A stretch of DNA of 36,803 bases, from NCBI GenBank assembly GCA_038243585.1, contig JBBSQY010000034.1, positions 1-36,803 of the forward strand, given 5' to 3'. The notes beneath the pieces were generated by a model that made no database searches, was not told the DNA's origin, and saw only the letters and a program-made list of their open reading frames with translations. The stretch is from Candidatus Sumerlaeales bacterium. Its GTDB lineage: Bacteria > Sumerlaeota > Sumerlaeia > Sumerlaeales > Sumerlaeaceae. The position numbers and the translations under genes are program-made. Numbering within the stretch: the first letter of the stretch is position 1; each line of letters begins with the position of its first letter. Of the stretch, positions 29,281-36,803 are shown in pieces.

Positions 29281-29431
29281 GAAGTAGCACAGGGGTCTCG
29301 CCTGTGTTCATAAAAATTGCAAGAGTTAATCATTTGAGTGACGCGTTGAAGCGCCAGTTGGGACGCTATTCGGGAATGCGCCAGGATGGGGATAAGGCAA
29401 TTTACACAGGCGGGACGCCTATGCTACTTCT
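29281..29431. repeat. Inverted pair of family A REP-like units (REPIN-like)
   Basis: GAAGTAGCACAGGGGTCTCGCCTGTG (29281-29306) matches the reverse complement of 29405-29430 at 23/26 positions. Confidence 0.85.
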
Positions 29432-29478
29432 TTTTCGGCGCGCTGATGACGCGAGGGCAGCTTTAACGCACGGCGGTT

Positions 29479-29505
29479 CGGACGGCTCGGCGAGCCGTCC
29501 CTACC
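29479..29505. repeat. REP-like family B
   Basis: Perfect hairpin GGACGGCTC-GGC-GAGCCGTCC followed by CTACC (GGTAG on the minus strand). Confidence 0.9.
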
Positions 29506-29649
29506 TGGAGCGATTGCTGCTTTCGTTTTTTTTACGATAATGCTTTTGACACGCGCGTAATAAAATCGATAACCCTGCGAAGTTAATGCGTTTTATGACC
29601 GCGCCTGCCGTTTTTGTCAGTGCGGCATAATTTAAGTGGAGTTCACAAA

Positions 29650-29850
29650 ATGGCAACTCAGGCAAGCCGTGGAACCAGGGTATTCTGGTATTTACTGTTC
29701 CTTTTAGTAGTGTTTATCAGTGTCTGCTGGCCGTTGTTTAATCGCATTGAGCCGCGGCTAATGGGTGTTCCGTTTTTTTATTGGTTCCAGACTCTGTTGG
29801 TGGTGGTAAGTGCCGCAGTCACCGCGTTGGCCTATCGCGCCAAGGTATAA
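29650..29850 (+). CDS. DUF3311-family small membrane protein (symporter partner)
   Basis: GGAG RBS. WPLFNRIEPRLMGVPFFYWFQ motif, two TM segments, upstream of an SSS gene. Confidence 0.88.
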   Translation: MATQASRGTRVFWYLLFLLVVFISVCWPLFNRIEPRLMGVPFFYWFQTLLVVVSAAVTALAYRAKV

Positions 29851-29949
29851 TGCCACTTTCGCGTTCCATATGTCATTCGACGTTCGCGACGTGATTCGCT
29901 TTAGCATTACGTTAAACTTAACCTTTTAGACAACCAAGGAATTACAACA

Positions 29950-31461
29950 ATGGATTCAGTAGCAATCTGGGTATTCGCGGGACTGTTCGCGCTGGTAACG
30001 GTATTAGGATTTGTGGCGTCTCGCTGGCGGGCGGCTGATCTTAACCACCTTGATGAATGGGGACTGGGCGGGAGACGCTTCGGCACGATGGTGACCTGGT
30101 TTCTGCTGGGCGGCGATTTGTATACGGCTTATACCTTTATCGCTGTGCCAGCGCTTGTCTTCGGCAAGGGCGCCCTTGGCTTCTTTGTGATACCCTATGC
30201 GCTGATGATCTTTCCGTTTATCTATATCGTCTTTCCCAGGTTCTGGGCTGTCTCCCGGAAACACGGTTTTGTGACGGCGTCTGACTTTGTTCGAGCCCGC
30301 TATGACAGCCCGACCCTGGCGTTGATCATCGCTCTGACTGGCATTTTGGCCATAATGCCTTATATCGCGCTCCAGCTGGTGGGAATGGAAGTCGTTATCG
30401 GTGCGCTGGGCTTTCACGGTCATATCCCGATCATCGTCGCTTTTGCAATTTTGGCCGCCTACACCTACACCAGCGGTTTGCGCGCGCCCGCCCTTATCGC
30501 TATCGTAAAAGACCTGCTAATCTATATTGTCGTGATCGCGGCAGTGATTATTATTCCGGCCAAGCTGGGCGGCTATGGAAAAATAGTGGCTGCGGTGCCA
30601 CCGGAGAAACTGCTGCTGCAACCCGGACAAGGATTTATGTATGTTACGCTGGCGATCGGCTCTGCCGTGGCGCTGTTCCTTTACCCACACTCTGTCACCG
30701 GGCTTCTCAGCGCTAAAAGCGTAAAGGTGATCAAACGAAATATGGCGATGCTGCCGGCTTATACCATTGCACTGGCGCTGGTGGCTGCGCTGGGTTATAT
30801 GGCGCTCGCGTCCAACGTGGCTGATAATCCCGCCTATGCCGAAGGCTTCGAACGGTATGGTCCCAATTATGCCGTGCCGGCGCTTTTCCTCCACTGGTTT
30901 CCGTCATGGTTTGCCGGTGTCGGGTTTGCCGCTATAGCCATCGGTGCATTGGTGCCTGCCGCCATCATGTCCATCGCTGCCGCCAATCTCTACACGCGAA
31001 ATATCCACAAAGAGTATATCCGCCCCAATTGCTCTCCTAAAGACGAGGCTGATGTGGCCAAGCTGTCATCTCTGCTGGTTAAATTTGGTGCGTTGATTTT
31101 CATCATCGCCTTGCCGCAACAGTATGCCATCCAATTGCAGCTTCTTGGCGGCATCTGGATCATCCAGACATTGCCAGCGGTGTTGATTGGTTTGTATACC
31201 CGCCGCCTGCATTCCAACGCCCTCATTATCGGCTGGGCTGTCGGAATGACCAGCGGCACATGGATGGCCGCGAGCCAGGGTTTCAGCAGCAATTTTCCGC
31301 TTCCGATAGGCGGTGGATCAACCCTGACGGGCTACGCCGCTATATACGCGCTGATCCTGAACCTGGGAACAACTCTTCTACTATCGAAAATTGCAACGGC
31401 CATGGGACGAGATAAAGGGAATGACCTGACAAAGGAAGAGGATTACGCGGTTCTTGAGTAG
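29950..31461 (+). CDS. mctP: Sodium:solute symporter, MctP-like monocarboxylate permease
   Basis: HLDEWGLGGRRFG..WFLLGGDLYTAYTFIAVP, MPYIALQLVG, YTSGLRAPA, LFLYPH and QLLGGIWI. AAGGA RBS. Confidence 0.88.
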   Translation: MDSVAIWVFAGLFALVTVLGFVASRWRAADLNHLDEWGLGGRRFGTMVTWFLLGGDLYTAYTFIAVPALVFGKGALGFFVIPYALMIFPFIYIVFPRFWAVSRKHGFVTASDFVRARYDSPTLALIIALTGILAIMPYIALQLVGMEVVIGALGFHGHIPIIVAFAILAAYTYTSGLRAPALIAIVKDLLIYIVVIAAVIIIPAKLGGYGKIVAAVPPEKLLLQPGQGFMYVTLAIGSAVALFLYPHSVTGLLSAKSVKVIKRNMAMLPAYTIALALVAALGYMALASNVADNPAYAEGFERYGPNYAVPALFLHWFPSWFAGVGFAAIAIGALVPAAIMSIAAANLYTRNIHKEYIRPNCSPKDEADVAKLSSLLVKFGALIFIIALPQQYAIQLQLLGGIWIIQTLPAVLIGLYTRRLHSNALIIGWAVGMTSGTWMAASQGFSSNFPLPIGGGSTLTGYAAIYALILNLGTTLLLSKIATAMGRDKGNDLTKEEDYAVLE

Positions 31462-31482
31462 CTGGCGGGCTCCGAGCGCAGG

Positions 31483-32259
31483 CTAATAGAGAGTCCAGTT
31501 CGCTACGCTCGACATCGTTTCGTACTCGATGGCAAGTTGTGGCCTGAGGCCGCTTACGCTGCTGTCGGCCTCGCTGGAATAGTAGCGTTTCGCGGTTTGG
31601 GTTGCCGACTCATTTCCCAGCAGCGCCCATCCGTGATTGGTAGCCGGGTTATCCACAAAGGCTTGTATGTCGTTGATCAGCCCGACTCCTGAAAACCGCA
31701 CGAAAGTTCCCGCCTCGCCCGCGATCGCAGCGGCGGAAATGCCCGGCGCGAATTCGCCCCCCGGCGCGTTCCAGACCACCGCGCTGTAGCTTTCGTGGGA
31801 CCACGTTGAATCTCCGGTTTGCGCGGGTGCGCCCTGGCCGACGGTTTGTGAATCAACCAGCGGGTTGGATCCTTCGTTCCATGCTCGCGTCGCGCGGTGA
31901 AGATTGTTCAAGGTGTTTCCAGAGTTGTCAAATTCCAGATAGATTTGAAGCGTTACGCTGGTTATCGTTGCGTTTGACGGAACCACGTTTTGCAGATCGA
32001 ATTTTAAAAGAGAACGCCGCGCCGCATTGAACCTGGTTTTTCCGGCAAACAGATATGGAAAACCACCTGCGGAGTTTGCGGTATAGTCTTGGAAAAGCGT
32101 GGTGTCTTCCGTGCCGGAATACCCATTCAGGCCCTGCCTTAACACCACAGCTGTTTCGGCAGAGACCTGTGATTCCACTGCCCAGGAACCCGCAAACACC
32201 AACACCGCAGCGACCCAGCGGTAATGCGGAATCTTTCTCAAAGGATACCGACTGTTCAC
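31483..32259 (-). CDS. Secreted DNRLRE-domain protein with VxxWxxY tail
   Basis: Signal peptide (..QVSA-E). DTTL..RSLLKFDL..ITSVTL..WNEG..TW..NHGW..SSE..RPQLAIEY, then TMSSVANWTLY. GTG start overlaps the upstream TGA. Confidence 0.85.
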   Translation of the reverse strand: MNSRYPLRKIPHYRWVAAVLVFAGSWAVESQVSAETAVVLRQGLNGYSGTEDTTLFQDYTANSAGGFPYLFAGKTRFNAARRSLLKFDLQNVVPSNATITSVTLQIYLEFDNSGNTLNNLHRATRAWNEGSNPLVDSQTVGQGAPAQTGDSTWSHESYSAVVWNAPGGEFAPGISAAAIAGEAGTFVRFSGVGLINDIQAFVDNPATNHGWALLGNESATQTAKRYYSSEADSSVSGLRPQLAIEYETMSSVANWTLY

Positions 32260-33596
32260 CCGTATTGATTCCAGCCCTTTACGGCGGAGCTTCCCTTTAT
32301 AAATTGCAGGTCGCCCATTTGCGGTGCGATAATGCTGTCATAGGTCGGCTGGCCGAACACCGGCGCAGCCGAACCACCAAACCAGTTTTCAATGATGGCG
32401 CCGTATACGGATCGGAAGTCCAGCGAATGCCGCAGGTTGCCTTTGATAGGATTTGCAAGGTTTGGCTGTCCGCCAAACACGCCGCCATTGACGCCGCCGC
32501 CAAATGCAAACATGACGTTAGCCGCGCCGTGGTCCGTGCCGGAGCTTCCATTTTCGGCAATGCGCCGGCCGAACTCGGAAAATGTCAGGATCAAGACGCG
32601 ATCCAGATTGCCCGACGCCTGCATCTCGAAAAGAAACGAATCCACATTACGACTCAAATTGCCCAGCAGCTTCTGATGATCACCGGTCGCTGTGACGTCC
32701 ATGCCAGCCCCGACCTGGTTGGCGTGGGTATCGTATCCGCCCTGACTCACATAAAAAATTCGGGTGTTGAAACCCTTACGGATAATTTTGGATGCGAGCT
32801 TTAACCCGTTGCCCAGACTATCTGTGGTGTATCCGTTGGGCGCCGGGCTTTCCATCGCCTGGGCCAGGGCGATATCAGCTGATGACGCTTCCACGGTGTT
32901 TACGCTCCGCTGGAGAAAATCGATATCTGAATCCAGTGTAGGCAGGTTGTTCATCGTGTGAATCGCTGCGAGGCGATGGGTTTTATCCGCGCTGGCTTTC
33001 AGTGCATATTTTGTGGCGTCCGCAATGGCGGGGGGCACATAGTTTTGTGAGCCTGAGAGCATGTCGGGCACGGTGCTGGTACCGGTGGCCGCCATGAAAA
33101 GTGCTTCGCCATCTCCCTGCCCTGCACAGCTGTTGTCGTAAAAGCGCGAAACCCATCCCTGCGGCGGAATGGGTTGCCCCGGCACTGCGCCGGTCTCCCA
33201 GTAGTCTGTGGAGGTGAAGTGGGAGAAATCCGGGTTCACATAGCCAACGCTCTGCAAGATGGACACTTTGCCCTGCTGGTACCAATCGGCAATCTCGGCC
33301 ATTTTGGGATGAAGCCCATTAAGCCCGTCCAAGTTGATTTCCTGCCCCTGAGGAATGCGAATTGTTGGCCGGGTGAGGGCGTCGTAATAGATGGGGTCAG
33401 ATCGGGGAATCACCGTGTTCAGGCCGTCGTTACCGCCGGACTGTTGCAGGATAACCAGGATGCGGCCATTAGTCAGGCAGTTTAGAGGCAATGCGCGAGC
33501 TGCCCGCATCACCCATTTGGGGGTGGTGGCTTCCAGGGTAAAGTAGGCCAGACCGGATAAGCCGACCTTGAGAAACTGGCGTCTGTTCATGCTCAT
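32256..33596 (-). CDS. DUF1501-family protein with Tat signal and VxxWxxY(G) tail
   Basis: MNRRQFLK, GGNDGLNTVIP, SHF, GGYDTHANQ, SEFGRR..EN..GTDHG and DFRSVY. Ends GSSAVKGWNQYG. Confidence 0.92.
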   Translation of the reverse strand: MSMNRRQFLKVGLSGLAYFTLEATTPKWVMRAARALPLNCLTNGRILVILQQSGGNDGLNTVIPRSDPIYYDALTRPTIRIPQGQEINLDGLNGLHPKMAEIADWYQQGKVSILQSVGYVNPDFSHFTSTDYWETGAVPGQPIPPQGWVSRFYDNSCAGQGDGEALFMAATGTSTVPDMLSGSQNYVPPAIADATKYALKASADKTHRLAAIHTMNNLPTLDSDIDFLQRSVNTVEASSADIALAQAMESPAPNGYTTDSLGNGLKLASKIIRKGFNTRIFYVSQGGYDTHANQVGAGMDVTATGDHQKLLGNLSRNVDSFLFEMQASGNLDRVLILTFSEFGRRIAENGSSGTDHGAANVMFAFGGGVNGGVFGGQPNLANPIKGNLRHSLDFRSVYGAIIENWFGGSAAPVFGQPTYDSIIAPQMGDLQFIKGSSAVKGWNQYG

Positions 33597-35170
33597 TTTA
33601 GCTGATACCTCGGCATGGTCATGGTTAGATGAAGGGCGGCGCGCACTTTGCGGCGAAAGATGGAAAAGGTTGTGGTGGACGTACCCTTGATGTTGCTGAA
33701 CAACTGCGTAAACACATCAGTTTCTTCCGCAGTCGGGGTGTCTAGAAGTAGACGAGATGTAAAGTATTGTATAATTCCCGCGTTGTCGTCAATGTTCGCG
33801 ATCATGCCGCTGTTAAGAAGGCCGTCAATTTTGGCATCGGACAGGATGGATGTGCTGCTGATGCGATCTGCATAATTAAATCGCGCGATAAGACTGCTGG
33901 AGTTTACCCAGCTTCTCCCGTGGTGCCAGCCTTCCACGGTCGGCGGCTCAAACAGGCGCATGCCCATCTCGCGAAGGTTATAGGCCGCTATCGCCGAGTA
34001 TCTCGGCTCATCCAGTTCCAGGTTTCTGAGAGCTGAAACCAGATAGTCTGCAGGGTGTTTATAAACTTTATACCGATTTGCCTGGTCGTAGAAGAATTGG
34101 CTCTTAAGCAACTTTCGCAACGCTTCTCGCACATTGTAAGTATAGCCGCCGCCGGCAGTGTTTGTGGAAAAGAACGCCGCAAGCTCGACAACTGCCGCGT
34201 GATCGATTTTGATAGATTCGTTAACGAACCAGTTTATAAATTTCCAGGACATGTAAAGGGCTGTGGCCGGATAAACGCTGTGGGCAGGGGAAATGGCGCT
34301 ATGAGAGACGCGCTCAAGTATTAGATCGATGACCTTTTCCGTGTCTTCGCCGTAAAGTCCAACGTTAAAGGTAACAGTGAAGAGCGTCTTCGGATCTCTG
34401 TCGTGCTGATTTGTATCATAGAAATAATCGTAGGGCCAGTTTAGCTGGCAGGTATTTCTGATGGTTTCACCGGTGAAAGCCCTGGCTGCGTTGCGGACAT
34501 CTTCTTCGCTGTAATTGCCCACGCCCATGGAAAACAGTTCCATGATTTCCCGGCCGTAATTCTCCTGCGGCTTCCCTTTTTTGTTCAGGCGATTATCCAG
34601 ATAGATGAGCATGCAGGGGTCGCGGGTGATTTTTATCAGGAGTTCTCGAAAGCTTCCATGACCGTGTTGCAGAAACAGGTTCTGCTGATCGCGAAAGAGT
34701 CGCGCGATGACCTTGCGTTCTCCGTATGCATCGGGCGGTAGTCCACTTGCGCCCATGTTACAGGCTTGACCGGAGGTGGTGCCGTCGTTTCCGTCATTAA
34801 TGGAGTTTGTTACGTTGGATTGAATCTTGCCGTATTCGCTCACGAAATGGTCGTGGAGAAACAACGCAAACTGCTGCTGCATCGGCTGGGTGCTATGAAC
34901 CATCCGGTACAGCCAACAGCCTTCCAATTCATTGGCATTCATCGGGGATTTTATTTTGTCGTTGTCAGCGTTTGCAGGCAAATCCACGATTGAATCATCG
35001 AGGGGCTGATCCACGGGCAGGTAATTAACAATGGAATCAACCGCACCTGACATCCCTGAAACGACAAGAGACGCCAACTTGTCAGGAGTCGCGCCAAACG
35101 TGGTTCTGCGCGAAAGATGAGCCGCCTCAGACAAGGTCCAAATGCCGGCATACGGGTCGAGCAAAGCCAT
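33593..35170 (-). CDS. DUF1800-family protein
   Basis: AAHLSRRTTFG, LFLHDHF, MLIYLDN, ENYGREIMELFSMG, YSEEDV..AARAFTG and PPTVEGW. Start placed at ATG 35170. ATGA overlap with the DUF1501 gene. Confidence 0.92.
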   Translation of the reverse strand: MALLDPYAGIWTLSEAAHLSRRTTFGATPDKLASLVVSGMSGAVDSIVNYLPVDQPLDDSIVDLPANADNDKIKSPMNANELEGCWLYRMVHSTQPMQQQFALFLHDHFVSEYGKIQSNVTNSINDGNDGTTSGQACNMGASGLPPDAYGERKVIARLFRDQQNLFLQHGHGSFRELLIKITRDPCMLIYLDNRLNKKGKPQENYGREIMELFSMGVGNYSEEDVRNAARAFTGETIRNTCQLNWPYDYFYDTNQHDRDPKTLFTVTFNVGLYGEDTEKVIDLILERVSHSAISPAHSVYPATALYMSWKFINWFVNESIKIDHAAVVELAAFFSTNTAGGGYTYNVREALRKLLKSQFFYDQANRYKVYKHPADYLVSALRNLELDEPRYSAIAAYNLREMGMRLFEPPTVEGWHHGRSWVNSSSLIARFNYADRISSTSILSDAKIDGLLNSGMIANIDDNAGIIQYFTSRLLLDTPTAEETDVFTQLFSNIKGTSTTTFSIFRRKVRAALHLTMTMPRYQLK

Positions 35171-35345
35171 TGTTCCAACGCCTTCACATAAGTAATACGG
35201 GCCAGGCTCGACAAATAAAAAGATCGCGCAGCCGATTATGCAAGTATGTAACAATCGGAATTGGATGAGTCAACGATTAAAGCCTGTTACAGGGCACCCA
35301 GTGGAAATTACGAATTAGCGGCAAAGGGACAAGCTGTAGAACTCT

Positions 35346-36722
35346 TTACCCGCCCTGGGTGTTTTCTGACTTATGATTCGCCTTGGCGACAGACTTGTGT
35401 TTGGCTTTTCTCACATTGTCGCGATCATTGTCGGAATCTACGCTCACGCTGGCAACTTTTGGATGTTCTTTAGATTTGGAATGTGCTGTAACTTTTCCTT
35501 TTCCGTTCACAGAAATGGAAATCGCCTTCCCGCTTCCTCCGCGCATGACAACCTTGGTCTTACCACCAGCACTTTTGGATTCGCCAACATCACTGATTTC
35601 TACCTTTGAGCGGGAAACCTTGTTGTCGTCGGATTTCTTATCGTCCGATTTTACCTTATTGGTGCTTTCAGCGATTTCAGACTTAGAGGCCTTATCAGAA
35701 GTGTTTCCAGAATCATTGTCAGATTTCTCTGAACTTTTCTTTTCTGCAGGGACCTGCACAGAAGCCACTTCTACAGCCGATGGTGTAGAATCCATGGCAC
35801 TCACTACTATCCGTGGCGATTCGCGATCTGGAACACCCCGATCTTTATCTCTAACCAGCACAACAGGGGCTGCAGGATCTGACTCATAGGCATCAAAATG
35901 ACGAGGGAGAAAATCATAACGCAGCCACGCCAGGTAAGCGCAGGCCACCTCAATGTTTTTCTCAGGCTCGAACACCCCGCCAGAGTATTCCCATTCCAGG
36001 TCATACTTTTCTTTGATGTCTTTCCATACAACAGGCATTACCTGCATTAATCCGCGCGCGCCGGCCGGTGAAACTGTCTCATTGTTAAAGGAAGATTCGG
36101 TTTTCATTATGGCACGGATCATCTGAGGATCCAGGCCATACTTTTTGGCTGACGCTTCAATATGTTCGTCGTACTCAGTTTCTTTAACTTCCTCGTAATA
36201 CTTCATAACTCGTGGCACATAGTTGCGTGTCTCTTGATAAGGAACATTCCCTTCATACTTAAGACAGGCGTAAGGGCCGGCGTTGAATGACTGAAGCCAC
36301 AGGCGAATCTCTTCGTGCGTCATGGGTTTTGGCGTAAAAGCAGGGACGGCTGTCGCACCTGCTATTGCAAGGGCAGGTGTTGCTGAAGCAGGATCTGCTG
36401 ATTTTGGGTTCATGTGGCCAGCAACTTTAACAGTCATCCGCCACGCATCTTTAGTTAAATGCTGAATCTTTTGCGCCGACTTTACCGCGTCACCTACAAT
36501 TTCCGGATCTGCTTCCACCTTGAAAAGACGGCTGAAATCCCAGCTACCTGTAAGATGCGGTGGCGCAGTTTGGGAGGCGTGGCTATCCAGCGTTTCGTTT
36601 TTTTCGGGCTGAGGTGTAACTTCGGCTGCAGCTTTCCCTTTTGGAGGCATCATAAAGGCCAGGGCCATGTTGATACCAACGCTTGCTTTGCTTTTTCGTA
36701 ACATTTTAGTTAGTCGAGACAT
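35346..36722 (-). CDS. Lytic transglycosylase (SLT domain) with permuted motif order and Lys/Ser-rich low-complexity tail
   Basis: AIMKTESSFN, SPAGARGLMQVMP and NIEVACAYL. FNAGP and PYQETRNYV occur N-terminal to these. Confidence 0.88.
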   Translation of the reverse strand: MSRLTKMLRKSKASVGINMALAFMMPPKGKAAAEVTPQPEKNETLDSHASQTAPPHLTGSWDFSRLFKVEADPEIVGDAVKSAQKIQHLTKDAWRMTVKVAGHMNPKSADPASATPALAIAGATAVPAFTPKPMTHEEIRLWLQSFNAGPYACLKYEGNVPYQETRNYVPRVMKYYEEVKETEYDEHIEASAKKYGLDPQMIRAIMKTESSFNNETVSPAGARGLMQVMPVVWKDIKEKYDLEWEYSGGVFEPEKNIEVACAYLAWLRYDFLPRHFDAYESDPAAPVVLVRDKDRGVPDRESPRIVVSAMDSTPSAVEVASVQVPAEKKSSEKSDNDSGNTSDKASKSEIAESTNKVKSDDKKSDDNKVSRSKVEISDVGESKSAGGKTKVVMRGGSGKAISISVNGKGKVTAHSKSKEHPKVASVSVDSDNDRDNVRKAKHKSVAKANHKSENTQGG

Positions 36723-36803
36723 AGGCAATCAGTAAGCAGTTTCGGGGCCTGCTCGTACCCACCAACAGATTTGTATTCCTGAAATCAGACAACAGATACA
36801 TTG

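Noticed and set aside
32055..32804. 249-aa plus-strand ORF and other long antisense ORFs in the track
   Set aside because: Antisense shadows of well-supported genes in GC-rich DNA.

Overview
Bacterial chromosomal window of mixed housekeeping and cell-envelope genes. Housekeeping: ispG, lepA, msrB, yidD-yidC-jag, a UbiD-family decarboxylase, a BadF-type sugar kinase and an MctP-type symporter. Envelope: two GT-C-like membrane proteins, a DUF1800-DUF1501-DNRLRE operon and a lytic transglycosylase. I found no rRNA, tRNA, CRISPR array or transposase. The main observation is that three unrelated exported proteins (a phosphodiester glycosidase, a DNRLRE protein and a Tat-type DUF1501 protein) end in the same short tail, [SA]-[SA]-V-x-x-W-x-x-Y(-G)-stop. 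The tail is appended after the normal domain end and is a candidate lineage-specific C-terminal sorting signal. From memory it resembles proteins of Candidatus Sumerlaeota/BRC1, which I could not verify. Other notable points: an SLT domain with circularly permuted motif order, the possible N-terminus of a phage large terminase at the left edge next to a repeat-rich intergenic region, and several GTAG-type REP-like palindrome families. All product calls come from motif recognition, not database searches.
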